A stretch of DNA of 64,000 nt from an uncultured Hyphomicrobiales bacterium (GCA_964581505.1 CAZOOR010000006.1:8781-72780); one strand, 5' to 3'. Shown: positions 50,592 through 61,775, numbered from the stretch's first letter. Made by a program: numbers and translations. Notes: a model not told the origin generated them from the sequence alone.

Positions 50592-51713
50592 TTATTGAGA
50601 CTTACCCCTACCTTTTATCTCGTATTGCATAATGACTTTATTGTTTTCAATAAGATAGGCGGAGTCAAAAAGATTCATAACAACGCATGCATGATTCGGA
50701 ATAATTCTGATTTTTTCGCCTATTGAAAACGTTTCCCCGCTATGAGTAATAATACCGTGTTCTTCATTCAATCTTTCTATTACACATTCCTTGCCGATTA
50801 CAAAGCCATGCCCCTGTGGTGCTAATGTTTTCGAGGCGCCTTTGTCCTTTGAAAGTGCCTTTGCACCTGCATCAATAATAATGCGTTCGCTATCGGGTAT
50901 GCTGATGACTGTTGCCAAGACAGACAAAGCACATTCCTCTATTGTACAAACACCTAATTTTGTTTGAATTATGTCGTGGAAAATATAATTGCCGGGTCTG
51001 ATTTCGGTTACACCTTCTACTTTCGAACTGTAAGGAGCAGTAGGAGTCGAACCAACGCTTATTTTTGGAATAAAAATTCTTTCTTGCATCAATCTTTCGG
51101 ACAGTTCGACAAGGAACTCGCCCTCTTTTTCACCTATATTTTTTATTTCGTCTTGCGAATCGGCGGCGTAAGCCTGACCGGCATGCGTAAAAAGCCCGAT
51201 TAAATTAATACCAAGCAAGTCTTGTATTGTTTTTGCGAGCTGATAAATATCCTTGTATTCATTCAATCCACTGCGATTATGTCCGCTATTAATCTCGATG
51301 AATACATCAAGCCAGCAGTTCTCTTTTTCAAATATTTCAGAAATTGCAATTGCCGCTTCGACAGAATCAACATTACAAGAAAGTGATTTTACACGCTTTT
51401 TCAAATTGAGCAGACGCTTGATTTTCTTTGAACCGACAATAATATTAGCAATTTGAATATCGTCAATACCGGCATCAGCCATAATTTCCGCTTCGGAAAG
51501 TTTTGCAACAGCAATACCCGAAGCCCCGCTTTCAATCTGCAATTTAGCAATTTCCGGTATTTTGTGCGTCTTTGTATGCGGGCGAAGTTTAACCCCGCTT
51601 GCGTCTGCAATATGTTGCATTTTTTTGATATTGCCGAGCATTGTTTGCTTTTCGATTAACAGTGCCGGTGTATCTAATTCCAAATAATTCATTTCTCTCT
51701 TTTCCATTTTCAA
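50592..51713 (-). CDS. PLP-dependent alanine-racemase-fold enzyme, DSD1 family (D-serine deaminase / D-threonine aldolase-like)
   Basis: N-terminal TIM-barrel with PLP-Lys region (KLRPHTKTHKIPEIA), C-terminal beta domain; 373 aa. Confidence 0.5.
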   Translation of the reverse strand: MKMEKREMNYLELDTPALLIEKQTMLGNIKKMQHIADASGVKLRPHTKTHKIPEIAKLQIESGASGIAVAKLSEAEIMADAGIDDIQIANIIVGSKKIKRLLNLKKRVKSLSCNVDSVEAAIAISEIFEKENCWLDVFIEINSGHNRSGLNEYKDIYQLAKTIQDLLGINLIGLFTHAGQAYAADSQDEIKNIGEKEGEFLVELSERLMQERIFIPKISVGSTPTAPYSSKVEGVTEIRPGNYIFHDIIQTKLGVCTIEECALSVLATVISIPDSERIIIDAGAKALSKDKGASKTLAPQGHGFVIGKECVIERLNEEHGIITHSGETFSIGEKIRIIPNHACVVMNLFDSAYLIENNKVIMQYEIKGRGKSQ

Positions 51714-51819
51714 TAGTATTCAAAATTAAGAAATTATTATTCAATTACGACATTCGTTCGATATTTACTAAGTATTTTGTAAATTTGAAGTTTGAATAGA
51801 CATTATTATAAAAAAAGTT

Positions 51820-54372
51820 ATGGCATCGTACCCTTTTAAAGATATTGAAAATAAATGGCAGAAGTTTTGGAAAGAAAAAAACATATACAAAACTGATGAC
51901 AACAGAACAAAACCCAAGTATTATATTCTGGATATGTTCCCCTATCCGAGTGGCCAGGGCTTACATATCGGACACCCCGAGGGATATACTGCTACCGATA
52001 TTATTGCTCGTTACAAAAGAATGAAAGGGTTCAATGTCCTGCATCCTATGGGCTTCGATGCTTTCGGTTTGCCAACCGAGCGATACTGTATGACAAAGGG
52101 TATTCATCCTGTCGAAGCAACAGAAACCAATATTGCCGTCTTTAAGAAACAACTTGATATGCTCGGTTTGGGGTATGATTGGGACAGGGAAATAAATACT
52201 ACTTCCCCCGGTTATTACAAATGGACGCAAATGATGTTCCTGAAAATATACAATTCTTGGTTCGACGAGAAATTGCAGAAAGCCAGACCAATTGAAGAAT
52301 TGCCTATCCCGGAGAATCTGACAAATGAAAAAGTAATTAATGAATATATTGATAGTCGCCGGCTTGCATATATCGCAATGATACCGGTCAATTGGTGCGA
52401 GGCACTTGGAACAGTACTTGCCAATGAAGAAGTGGACGAGTGGCGTGGTAAGGGATATACCGTAGAACGTCGCCCTATGCGCCAATGGATGATAAGAATT
52501 ACGGCTTATGCACAAAGGCTTCTTGATGATTTGAAATTAGTCGAATGGCCTGCTTCTACCTTGGAAATGCAGAAGCATTGGATTGGGCGAAGTGAGGGCG
52601 CCGAGATTAAGTTCAAAATTGCTAATTCCGATAAAGAAATTGAAGTCTTTACTACACGCCCGGATACTATTTTCGGTGCAAGCTATATGGTACTTGCCCC
52701 CGAACATCAATTAGTTGGTGAAATCACAAGTACCGAGTTTAGTAAAGAAGTTGAGGAATATACTCAAAAAGCGGCATTGAAGAGTGATTTGGAAAGAACC
52801 GAATTGAGTAAAGAGAAGTCGGGCGTTTTTACAGGTGCTTATGCAGTCAATCCGGCAACCGGTAAAGAAATTCCCGTATGGATTGCAGACTACGTTCTGG
52901 CTCATTATGGAACCGGTGCTATTATGGCGGTACCCGGGCATGATGAACGCGACCACGAATTTGCTACTGCTTTCGATTTGCCGATTATTCAGGTTGTTGC
53001 TCCTGCTGACGGAAAAGAAATTGATATTCAAAAAGAAGCATTGACACAACAAGGTGTCGGTGTTAATTCCGCAAATGAGGAGTTTACTATAAACGGATTG
53101 ACGACTGATGAAGCAATGAAAACGACTATTGATTGGTTGGAAAATAAGGGAATAGGCAAAGGACGTGTACAATTCAAATTGCGTGATTGGCTGTTTTCAC
53201 GTCAGCGATATTGGGGCGAACCAATTCCGATTATGTTCTTTGAGGACGGTAGCCGCCGTAATTTGGATTTCGAGGAATTACCTCTGGAATTGCCTTCCGA
53301 TGTAGTGGATTTTCAACCGGCAGGCACGGGTGAGTCTCCATTGGCAAAAATTGATGAATGGGTAAACTTTACCGACCCGAAGACCAAGCAAAAGGCAAGA
53401 TTTGAAACAAATACAATGCCGCAGTGGGCGGGTTCCTGTTGGTATTATTTGAGGTATATAGACCCGCATAATGATGATTTTTTCTGCGAACCGGATAAAG
53501 AGAAGTATTGGATGGATAATGGTGGAGTCGATTTATATGTCGGTGGTGCCGAACATGCCGTTTTGCATTTGCTCTATGCAAGGTTTTGGCACAAAGTGCT
53601 GTATGATTATTCTTATGTTTCCACACCGGAACCGTTTAAAAAACTTTTTCATCAGGGCTTGATAATGGGTGAAGACGGAAGAAAAATGTCGAAATCACTC
53701 GGAAATGTGATTAATCCCGATGATGTTGTTGCCGAGTTCGGTGCCGATTCTCTCCGCTTATTCGAGATGTTTATGGGTCCTTTGCAAGATTCTAAACCTT
53801 GGAAAAAGACAGGTATTGAGGGAGTTCACAGATTTCTAAACAAAGTGTGGCGAATGATTGTTAATGAAGACGGCAGTTTGTCGCAATCTATAGGCAATGT
53901 GCCGCTAAATCCTGAGCAGGAATTTGTTTTGCATAGCACAATAAAGAAAATCGATGAAGATATTGAGCATTTGCATTTCAATACATCGGTATCCCAGATG
54001 ATGATTTTCATCAACGAGTTTTCCAAGTATGAAATCAAACCAAAAGAAGCTATTGAGAAATTCGTTTTATGTTTGTCTCCTTTTGCTCCACATCTTGGCG
54101 AGGAATTGTGGCGTATTTTGGGGCATAACGATTCGATTGTTTTGCAAGAATTTCCGAATTATGACGAATCTAAAATCGTAAAAAAAGAGATTGAAGTTGT
54201 AGTTCAAGTGCGTAGCAAAATACGCGCGAAGCTTTCGCTTGCGGCAGGAGCGAGCCAAGACGAAGTACAGAAAGCCGCTCTTAGTGATGAAAATGTGCAG
54301 AGACACATTGGCGACAAACAAATTAGAAAAATTATTTTTGTTCAAGATAAATTAATTAATTTCATTGTATAA
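51820..54372 (+). CDS. leuS: Leucine--tRNA ligase
   Basis: HIGH (HIGHPEGY) and KMSKS motifs; 850 aa. Confidence 0.9.
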   Translation: MASYPFKDIENKWQKFWKEKNIYKTDDNRTKPKYYILDMFPYPSGQGLHIGHPEGYTATDIIARYKRMKGFNVLHPMGFDAFGLPTERYCMTKGIHPVEATETNIAVFKKQLDMLGLGYDWDREINTTSPGYYKWTQMMFLKIYNSWFDEKLQKARPIEELPIPENLTNEKVINEYIDSRRLAYIAMIPVNWCEALGTVLANEEVDEWRGKGYTVERRPMRQWMIRITAYAQRLLDDLKLVEWPASTLEMQKHWIGRSEGAEIKFKIANSDKEIEVFTTRPDTIFGASYMVLAPEHQLVGEITSTEFSKEVEEYTQKAALKSDLERTELSKEKSGVFTGAYAVNPATGKEIPVWIADYVLAHYGTGAIMAVPGHDERDHEFATAFDLPIIQVVAPADGKEIDIQKEALTQQGVGVNSANEEFTINGLTTDEAMKTTIDWLENKGIGKGRVQFKLRDWLFSRQRYWGEPIPIMFFEDGSRRNLDFEELPLELPSDVVDFQPAGTGESPLAKIDEWVNFTDPKTKQKARFETNTMPQWAGSCWYYLRYIDPHNDDFFCEPDKEKYWMDNGGVDLYVGGAEHAVLHLLYARFWHKVLYDYSYVSTPEPFKKLFHQGLIMGEDGRKMSKSLGNVINPDDVVAEFGADSLRLFEMFMGPLQDSKPWKKTGIEGVHRFLNKVWRMIVNEDGSLSQSIGNVPLNPEQEFVLHSTIKKIDEDIEHLHFNTSVSQMMIFINEFSKYEIKPKEAIEKFVLCLSPFAPHLGEELWRILGHNDSIVLQEFPNYDESKIVKKEIEVVVQVRSKIRAKLSLAAGASQDEVQKAALSDENVQRHIGDKQIRKIIFVQDKLINFIV

Positions 54373-55468
54373 ATTGTCTGATAAAAATAAAATAGAAAAA
54401 GACTGCATTAAGAATTTATCTCTCGTAGATTTGCAAACCCTGATGGAAAAATGGGGCGAACCCAAGTATCGTGCCGAGCAAATTTTCAGAGAACTTTATG
54501 CACAGAGGGCTGAGACTTTTACAGCGTTCAAGCTAATTCCGAAAAAGCTCAAGACTCGTCTGAAAAAAGAATTTATTATTAATTCGATAAAGGATTTCAT
54601 TACCCGAAAGTCTTCGGACGGCACAGTTAAGTATTTGTTCAATCTTGTCGGTGGAAATTCTATTGAATCGGTCTTAATTCCAAGCTATGACAATAATGAA
54701 GATGACGAAACCATAAAGCGTCTGACACTCTGTGTTTCTTCCCAAGTCGGCTGCGGTATTAATTGTATGTTCTGTGCTACCGGTAAACTGAAATTAACTC
54801 GCAACTTAACTGCGGCGGAAATTGTTGACCAAGTGCTGAATGTGGAAGCTGACACCGGATTGAAAGTTACAAATGTGGTATTTATGGGTATGGGCGAACC
54901 TCTGCAAAACTTTGATAATGTTGTAAAAGCAATTGAGATACTAACAAATGATATTAATCCAATTGTCAGTAGCAAGAAAATCACTGTTTCTACTGCCGGT
55001 ATAGTACCTAAAATCAAAATACTTCTGGAGCATCTGCCAAAGCCCGTGAAACTTGCTATCTCATTGCATTCTACAACTAATGGTTTGCGGGATAAATTAA
55101 TACCCGTTAATACTAAATGGAATATCGAATCCCTGCGTCAAGTTATTGAGGATTATTATCGTAAAACAAAATTACCCATTACTTATGAATATATCTTATT
55201 CAAGGGTTTGAACGATAGTGATGATGATATGAAACGTCTTGCTAAATTTGTTCGCAGTATCCCGTCCAAAATAAATATTATTCCTTATCACGATATTAGT
55301 TTTATCGAGACTGATGTGTCGGGCTTGAAAGCCGCCACAATAAGTGAAATTGAGGATTTTGTCCGCCGACTGCGCAATGAAGGTGCTAATGCTTTTGTTC
55401 GTACTTCAAGCGGTTTTGATATTGATGCGGCGTGCGGACAGTTGGCATTTTCAGAGCGTAAACCATAA
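54365..55468 (+). CDS. rlmN: 23S rRNA (adenine2503-C2)/tRNA methyltransferase, radical SAM
   Basis: CVSSQVGCGINCMFCATG radical SAM/RlmN motif; overlaps the leuS stop. Confidence 0.85.
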   Translation: MYKLSDKNKIEKDCIKNLSLVDLQTLMEKWGEPKYRAEQIFRELYAQRAETFTAFKLIPKKLKTRLKKEFIINSIKDFITRKSSDGTVKYLFNLVGGNSIESVLIPSYDNNEDDETIKRLTLCVSSQVGCGINCMFCATGKLKLTRNLTAAEIVDQVLNVEADTGLKVTNVVFMGMGEPLQNFDNVVKAIEILTNDINPIVSSKKITVSTAGIVPKIKILLEHLPKPVKLAISLHSTTNGLRDKLIPVNTKWNIESLRQVIEDYYRKTKLPITYEYILFKGLNDSDDDMKRLAKFVRSIPSKINIIPYHDISFIETDVSGLKAATISEIEDFVRRLRNEGANAFVRTSSGFDIDAACGQLAFSERKP

Positions 55469-55477
55469 TTTTTTCGT

Positions 55478-56401
55478 GTGATTTTTATGAGAAACAGAAG
55501 ATATATATTTGTATTATTACTCTTTCTACTTATTACGCAGATAGCAAGTGCAGTATATGATTTAAAGGATTTCGAAGCAGATGAACAAACTGTTTATTCG
55601 GTGAAATTAAATAACGGCGATATGATAACAGGCGTTATTACAAAAATATTCACCGAGGAAGGTAGCAGAGGAATAAAAATTAAAACGGAAATTGGTAATG
55701 CCGTTATTTATGATGACCAGATATTTGATATTTTACTAAAAGTCAAAGAATACAAGCATGCCAACCGAATATTCCTAATGCCGACTGCCGAACCAATATC
55801 TTCCAATCATTATCTCGGCTCCTTTGAAGTTCTATTTTTTCAAATGGGTCTTGGTATTAGCGATTATTTCTCGCTCACTGCCGGAAGGACAATGCTTCCT
55901 ACTATTGCATCAAGCCAACAAATATCAAATATTGATGCCAAGATTTCTCTTTACAAAATGGCATTTACTAAGAATGCTCGTTCACTTTCTTTCGCACTTG
56001 GCTCTAATCTTGCATTCATCAATCATAATAATAAGCTCTGGCATTTATATTTCAATACAACAGTTGATTTCGGGCGAACACTTATTACAACAAATGTAAT
56101 TTATAAAGCAGGCGCTTTGAATTACTACGATATTCATTTTAATCAATACGACTACCAACTTACTTATCCCAATGGGGCTTTCGGTCTGGGCTTGGGCTTC
56201 GACAGCAAATTTCCGAATAGGAACGACCTGCATGTAATTGGTGAAATATGGAATATTGATGTTACACATTCTGCGAATACCCTGATAATGCTCGGACTTC
56301 GTATGTGCAACACAAGCTTTGCCGCCGATTTCGGATTTGCGTTTTTCACTCAGCCGTTTATCACTCCATTTGCAAGTTTTGTATGGACGCCTTTTAGGTA
56401 G
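55478..56401 (+). CDS. Hypothetical outer-membrane/secreted protein
   Basis: Signal peptide, beta-rich, C-terminal aromatic residues. Confidence 0.3.
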   Translation: MIFMRNRRYIFVLLLFLLITQIASAVYDLKDFEADEQTVYSVKLNNGDMITGVITKIFTEEGSRGIKIKTEIGNAVIYDDQIFDILLKVKEYKHANRIFLMPTAEPISSNHYLGSFEVLFFQMGLGISDYFSLTAGRTMLPTIASSQQISNIDAKISLYKMAFTKNARSLSFALGSNLAFINHNNKLWHLYFNTTVDFGRTLITTNVIYKAGALNYYDIHFNQYDYQLTYPNGAFGLGLGFDSKFPNRNDLHVIGEIWNIDVTHSANTLIMLGLRMCNTSFAADFGFAFFTQPFITPFASFVWTPFR

Positions 56402-56405
56402 CAAT

Positions 56406-57167
56406 ATGATAGGAAAATCAGCAATAGGTATAATCCCTGCCAGATATGACTCAACACGTCTCCCCGGTAAGCCTTTGGCTGATATAAACGGCAAACCGCT
56501 TATTTACTACGTCTGGAAAGCCGCTTCCGCCTCGCAATTGTTGGAAAGAGTTATCATTGCTACTGATGATGATAGAATTGAATATGCCTGCAAGGAGTTC
56601 GGTGCAGAGTGTATTATGACACCGAAGAATATTAATAGTGGTTCCGATAGAATTATTTATGCCTTAAATTCCCTAAACGAACATTATGACTATATTGTTA
56701 ATATTCAAGGGGACGAACCGTTTATCACAGGAAAACTAATTGATGAACTTCTTCGCAAAACAATTGAATCCGATGCTGATGTAGGAACTGTAATTAGTGA
56801 GATTGATAATATTGATGAATTGGTAGATGTTTCGACCGTTAAAGTAGTCCTCCGAAATGATGATAGTGCATTGTATTTTTCTCGTTCCTTGCTTCCCTAC
56901 CCGAGAGATGCAAGACCTGAGGACAGGCTTTCCATCGGGCAGTTTTGGAAACATATTGGTATATATTGTTACGCCCATCAAGCATTATTACGTTTTGGCG
57001 AATTGCCGCAATCGGAATTGGAGATTATGGAAAAGCTCGAACAGCTTCGGCTCTTACAGAACGGTGCTAAATATATTTGTATGAAAACGGAAATCCCACT
57101 CTTTGGCGTTGATACAAAGAATGACTTGGAAAAAGTGCGTCAAATAATGAATAAAAAATTACCTTAA
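56406..57167 (+). CDS. kdsB: 3-deoxy-manno-octulosonate cytidylyltransferase (CMP-KDO synthetase)
   Basis: AIGIIPARYDSTRLPGKPLADINGKPLI N-terminus; internal Met 56406 chosen (ORF track start 56319 lies in the upstream gene). Confidence 0.8.
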   Translation: MIGKSAIGIIPARYDSTRLPGKPLADINGKPLIYYVWKAASASQLLERVIIATDDDRIEYACKEFGAECIMTPKNINSGSDRIIYALNSLNEHYDYIVNIQGDEPFITGKLIDELLRKTIESDADVGTVISEIDNIDELVDVSTVKVVLRNDDSALYFSRSLLPYPRDARPEDRLSIGQFWKHIGIYCYAHQALLRFGELPQSELEIMEKLEQLRLLQNGAKYICMKTEIPLFGVDTKNDLEKVRQIMNKKLP

Positions 57168-57755
57168 ATCTATTACTTCCGTACCTTTAGGAATTTTAAA
57201 TTTAAATGTTCTTTTCTTTATCTTCGGATTTAATACTAATTTATGAATTTCCCAAGTTTGCATTGAATATGCTGACTTCATTTGAATAGCTTTAATAGAT
57301 AATGTTTTTTTATCAATATTTAATACGAGTGTATCAATAGTAGTGTTCATTTTCTTACTAAATGCTAGTTTCAGGACATAATTACCTTTATTTGTTTGTA
57401 ATGAAACAGGCTCAAAATCCGTCAAAAAAGAAAAGAAAATATAATCAAGACTTTGATTTGAATCATAAGAATCCACACTACTGATAATCACTTTTTTGTC
57501 AGCTACCTTGTAATTCCATATTGTTTTACCGTCCGAAACCAATCTGAGATTTTTTGTCTCGATTTTATATTTATTTCCCCTTTGGGCAATCATACCGGCT
57601 TTGACTTTATCAGCCTTATTATATATCATTGCCGATACGGATTTCAGAGAGCCGTATTTGTCCTTCATGGCATCGAACAACGAGAATTTGTCATAGTCGG
57701 CGTAAAGCCTTAAAAAACTAAATAGAACAACTATTATAATAAGATATTTTTTCAT
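57159..57755 (-). CDS. LolA-like outer-membrane lipoprotein carrier/sorting protein (tentative)
   Basis: Signal peptide, about 200 aa beta-rich; weak resemblance only. Confidence 0.3.
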   Translation of the reverse strand: MKKYLIIIVVLFSFLRLYADYDKFSLFDAMKDKYGSLKSVSAMIYNKADKVKAGMIAQRGNKYKIETKNLRLVSDGKTIWNYKVADKKVIISSVDSYDSNQSLDYIFFSFLTDFEPVSLQTNKGNYVLKLAFSKKMNTTIDTLVLNIDKKTLSIKAIQMKSAYSMQTWEIHKLVLNPKIKKRTFKFKIPKGTEVIDLR

Positions 57756-57774
57756 ACTTCATTCCAATTATATA

Positions 57775-58614
57775 TTATTTAAGTTTGGCTTTTAATGTAC
57801 CTTTAATCCCACTGTAATGTGTTAGCTGCGCAGATACTTCTCCGATTAGAATTTTTGTAGCAACTTTGACGGGCATTTTTACCTCATCATCAGTTAAATA
57901 AATATAAATATTTCCGATATTGCGGAATAGACCGCCCTGCATATCTACCGGCTCGACAACGATACATCTGAATTTGCCCGATGGAACTTCAACAATTTTT
58001 CTCTTATGTATTCTGACACTTAATGTATATGTAGAGTCTTTCCAGAAATTTTTAAGATGAATCAAATGTCCGGGTTTCATTGACGCCAAGTCAAGTGTGC
58101 GAACATAATAGAAAGCGGAAAGAACATCATTGACATATTCCGGAACTTTGTATTTCTTTTTGTTTGCATAAGCCTTATGCCCCAGTTGGTCAAAGAAAGC
58201 CTTGAAATAATGCCTATATCCACCTTCCCGAATTTTCTGCTCGAATATCCACGGGAAAATACCTTTGACGTCAATGGCAGACCTATATCTATCCCTAACA
58301 TGGTAGAACAAATCAAGACTTGCGGCTGACTTCACCGAAAATCTAAGGTCATAAGCCTGTCTGCCCTTAATATTCAGCGGCTTCTTCATTATTTGCATTG
58401 TACCTTCGCCGGCTTTGATAAAACCATACTGTACGTCATAAACTAATTTTTCTCCGAAACCGAAAGCCTTATTCCTGACTTGTCTGAATTTTGCATTCTT
58501 ATACAAGTCATCGGAGCCGGCTTGGCTATCGGCAAAAAAAATAAATGCAAAAAATGCGACAAAACCTGCCACTGCATATAGTTTATATTTATCTGTTTTT
58601 ATCTGCATTTTCAA
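57775..58614 (-). CDS. Hypothetical secreted protein (DUF3108-like)
   Basis: Signal/anchor helix; no motifs recognised. Confidence 0.2.
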   Translation of the reverse strand: MKMQIKTDKYKLYAVAGFVAFFAFIFFADSQAGSDDLYKNAKFRQVRNKAFGFGEKLVYDVQYGFIKAGEGTMQIMKKPLNIKGRQAYDLRFSVKSAASLDLFYHVRDRYRSAIDVKGIFPWIFEQKIREGGYRHYFKAFFDQLGHKAYANKKKYKVPEYVNDVLSAFYYVRTLDLASMKPGHLIHLKNFWKDSTYTLSVRIHKRKIVEVPSGKFRCIVVEPVDMQGGLFRNIGNIYIYLTDDEVKMPVKVATKILIGEVSAQLTHYSGIKGTLKAKLK

Positions 58615-58811
58615 ATATTAATTTAATCTATATTATTAACGTTTCTAATTATTAAAATTGTTTGTGTTCCAAAGAGCATACTGTGAAAAAATAAACAATC
58701 CGCTTAATAATAATACGAAAGTGAACTATCAATTTTCGGATTAATATATTTTTATTATTAGTAAAAAATAGATAAATTTGCTGTTCATTAATAATTGCCG
58801 TATTAAGTTAG

Positions 58812-59459
58812 TTGATGAAAATATTCTCCATAGAGGCTGGACCCGTTCAAACCATGGCTTATATCGTCTATGATGAGTTAAGTGCAGATGCCATTATTAT
58901 TGATGTACCACTCGAAAGCGCCACTACTATTAGTAGTAAAATTAAGGAACTAAAATTAAACGCGAAAGCAATAATACTTACTCATTCCCACTGGGACCAT
59001 TCAGCCGAGGCGCCGTCTCTTGCCGAAAATATTCATTCCCCGATATTTATTCATAAGGCAGACGAGTATCGTCTGCTCGAACCGAATAAATATACCGTTT
59101 GGAAATTACCTATTATGCTCGAAGCATTTAAGGCATCTCAATATTTGGAAGACGGGGAAAATTTGGATTTCGGCACATTACATTGCGAAATTATACATAC
59201 ACCCGGACATACCGAGGGAGGTATTTGCATCTATTTCCCATCTGAGAATATTGTCTTCACAGGTGATACTCTTTTCAATATGAGTGTAGGTAGGGTAGAT
59301 TTGCCGGGTGGTAATTGGGATTTGCTCAATCATTCCATTAGAAATAAATTGCTGGTATTGCCTGCTCAAACCGATGTCTATTGTGGTCATGGCGAACCAA
59401 CTACAATTGGATTTGAGCGAAATAATAACCCGTTTTTAAATAAAAATACAATATATTAA
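58812..59459 (+). CDS. MBL-fold metallo-hydrolase (glyoxalase II-like)
   Basis: THSHWDHSAEA (HxHxDH), downstream His/Asp ligands. Confidence 0.7.
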   Translation: MMKIFSIEAGPVQTMAYIVYDELSADAIIIDVPLESATTISSKIKELKLNAKAIILTHSHWDHSAEAPSLAENIHSPIFIHKADEYRLLEPNKYTVWKLPIMLEAFKASQYLEDGENLDFGTLHCEIIHTPGHTEGGICIYFPSENIVFTGDTLFNMSVGRVDLPGGNWDLLNHSIRNKLLVLPAQTDVYCGHGEPTTIGFERNNNPFLNKNTIY

Positions 59460-59467
59460 GGTGAAAA

Positions 59468-59992
59468 ATGAAAAACAATTCATCAATTAATAATATTATA
59501 TCTAAAATTCTTTTTCTAATTTATATAGTCATACTGATGCAATTGGCAGGATGTTATTCATTTACGGGTAGTTCTGTACCTGAGCATTTGAAAACATTGC
59601 AAATTGCGGCTGTGAGTGATAACAGCGGGTATGGCAATCCGAAATATAAAGACAAATTGTCTATGTTGCTCTTTGATAAATTTAAGAATGATAATTCCTT
59701 TGCATTAGTGGAACGAAGGGGTAATGCGCGGCTTAATGTTGTCATTGCTTCGATACGTGATGAAGCGACTGTGATTAGTCCGGGCGAGTTGGAAAAAGAA
59801 AGAAAGATGACTTTATCTTGTAGCGTGGAATATTATGATGCGGTTAAGAAAAAGTCTATTTGGAAGAAATCATTCTCGAATTACGGGGTTTACGAAATCA
59901 GCAATGCAGTTGCCGGACGCGAAGAAGCCGTTTCCTCTGCACTGGAAAAAATATCCGATGATATTTTATTAGCTGTCGTTTCGGGTTGGTAA
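59468..59992 (+). CDS. Lipoprotein, LptE-like (tentative)
   Basis: Lipobox LAGCYS; about 170 aa; size and context (near kdsB/LPS genes) only. Confidence 0.25.
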   Translation: MKNNSSINNIISKILFLIYIVILMQLAGCYSFTGSSVPEHLKTLQIAAVSDNSGYGNPKYKDKLSMLLFDKFKNDNSFALVERRGNARLNVVIASIRDEATVISPGELEKERKMTLSCSVEYYDAVKKKSIWKKSFSNYGVYEISNAVAGREEAVSSALEKISDDILLAVVSGW

Positions 59993-60033
59993 ATTTGAAA
60001 ATATTATTTAATTAAGGGGTAGTATTCGAATAA

Positions 60034-61485
60034 ATGGAAGATTTTTTACTTATTATTTACTTTGTATCGCTTACAATTTTATTCTCGTTTGGTATTCACG
60101 GTCTGGTGATGCTCTACTATTATCGCAAGACCCAGCATATCAAAACACCTGATTTGAAAATTGAGGGTGAGTATCCTATGGTTACGATTCAATTACCTAT
60201 GTACAATGAAATGTACGTCATTGAACGCCTAATCAAAGCTGTTTGCAATATTGAATATCCAAAGGATAAATTGCAAATCCAAGTGCTGGACGATTCGACC
60301 GATGAATCGACAATCATTGCTTCCAAACTTGTTGATGAGTACAAGGCTAAGGGATACGATATTGATTATATTCATCGGACAAATAGAGATGGATATAAGG
60401 CTGGTGCTTTGAAGGAAGGACTTGAAAGAGCCAAAGGTGAATTTGTCGGTATATTCGATGCGGATTTTGTACCTAACAGCGATTTCCTAATAAAGACCAT
60501 ACCATATTTTATAAACAAAAAAATCGGTATGGTGCAAACTCGCTGGGAACATCTGAATGAAGAATACTCATTTATTACGCGTGCCGCCGCTCTGGCACTC
60601 GACGGACATTTCGTAATTGAGCAACAGGTACGCAATAAAGCAGGTTTCTTTATCAACTTCAACGGTACTGCCGGTGTGTGGCGTAAGGAAACTATTATTG
60701 ATGCAGGCAATTGGCATGCAGATACTTTAACAGAGGATTTAGACCTTAGCTATAGGGCGCAACTAAAGGGGTGGAAGTTTGTCTTTCTTAATGATGTTAC
60801 TTCGCCGGCTGAATTACCGGCAGACATCAATGCTTTGAAATCTCAGCAATTCAGATGGACAAAAGGCGCTGTGGAAACAGCCAAAAAGATTTTACCAATG
60901 GTATTTCGCTCGAAATTGCCATTGAAGATAAAACTCGAAAGCTTTATTCATCTTACAAGCAATATAGTATTTCCGTTTATTATTCTCGTTGCAGTTCTTA
61001 ATATTCCGCTTGTTGTCATTAAGAACACTATCGGCGGCTATGATAATTATTATACTTTAATGTCGGTATTTGTTTTAGCTTCGATTTCTACTTTTATGTT
61101 CTATATGTTTGCACAGAGAGCCATACATTTGGATTGGCGAAAGCGATTGCTTTTATTTCCGGTTTTTCTTGCCGGTAGTATGGGCTTTGCAGTGAATAAC
61201 AGCAAAGCGGTTTTCGAAGCATTAATAAACAAGAAAACAGGATTTACAAGAACTCCGAAATACAACATTGAAAATGAAAAGGACAAGTGGACGAATAAAA
61301 AATATGTTCAAAAGAAACTCAGTTGGACTGTATTTGTCGAATTGTTCTTAGCTTTTTATTATGTTGTGGGGATAGCTATTTCCGTTTATTATCTGGAAAT
61401 TGCCGCTATACCGTTCCAACTTTTATTCTTGCTCGGCTTCGGTACAGTCGGTTATATGTCCTTGAAACATTCTCTTGCTCATTAA
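60034..61485 (+). CDS. Family 2 glycosyltransferase, processive type (cellulose-synthase/NodC-like) with C-terminal TM segments
   Basis: DDSTDES, DAD (FDADF), QQFRW (QxxRW) motifs; N- and C-terminal TM helices. Confidence 0.7.
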   Translation: MEDFLLIIYFVSLTILFSFGIHGLVMLYYYRKTQHIKTPDLKIEGEYPMVTIQLPMYNEMYVIERLIKAVCNIEYPKDKLQIQVLDDSTDESTIIASKLVDEYKAKGYDIDYIHRTNRDGYKAGALKEGLERAKGEFVGIFDADFVPNSDFLIKTIPYFINKKIGMVQTRWEHLNEEYSFITRAAALALDGHFVIEQQVRNKAGFFINFNGTAGVWRKETIIDAGNWHADTLTEDLDLSYRAQLKGWKFVFLNDVTSPAELPADINALKSQQFRWTKGAVETAKKILPMVFRSKLPLKIKLESFIHLTSNIVFPFIILVAVLNIPLVVIKNTIGGYDNYYTLMSVFVLASISTFMFYMFAQRAIHLDWRKRLLLFPVFLAGSMGFAVNNSKAVFEALINKKTGFTRTPKYNIENEKDKWTNKKYVQKKLSWTVFVELFLAFYYVVGIAISVYYLEIAAIPFQLLFLLGFGTVGYMSLKHSLAH

Positions 61486-61517
61486 TTCTAAGAATTAATA
61501 GATAGCATATATATTTC

Positions 61518-61623
61518 AACCGCATCTTTTAAGGTGCGGTTTGAAATAGCCGAGATACGCTCAAAAGACAAACAGCCGACACACACCACAGCCCTCTCCC
61601 AAAGGACGAGGGTGGAACAGCCG
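61518..61623. repeat. Dispersed intergenic repeat, copy D (hairpin AACCGCATC-TTTTAA-GGTGCGGTT; core in inverted orientation)
   Basis: Reverse complement GGCTGTTCCACCCTCGTCCTTTGGGAGAGGGCTGTGGTGTGTGTCGGCTGTT matches copies A/B. Confidence 0.55.
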
Positions 61624-61721
61624 AATACCCCGCCGCTCACAGATTGTCGAACGTGTTATTATTATTCCTGCTGCCGCAGGAATGACAGTAGTGCGAGAAA
61701 AAAAGACAAAAGGTAGAATAA

Positions 61722-61775
61722 CCAGCCCTTTCCCAAAGGGCAAGTGGGCGTATAGGTGAGCGGTGCATGACCAAA
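61722..61775. repeat. Dispersed intergenic repeat, copy E (inverted core)
   Basis: Reverse complement CGCTCACCTATACGCCCACTTGCCCTTTGGGAAAGGGCTGG matches the core. Confidence 0.45.

Noticed and set aside
56319-56405. Longer kdsB start overlapping the upstream gene
   Set aside because: The KdsB homology begins at MIGKSAIGIIPAR (ATG 56406), right after the upstream stop at 56401. The upstream extension is inside the preceding ORF.
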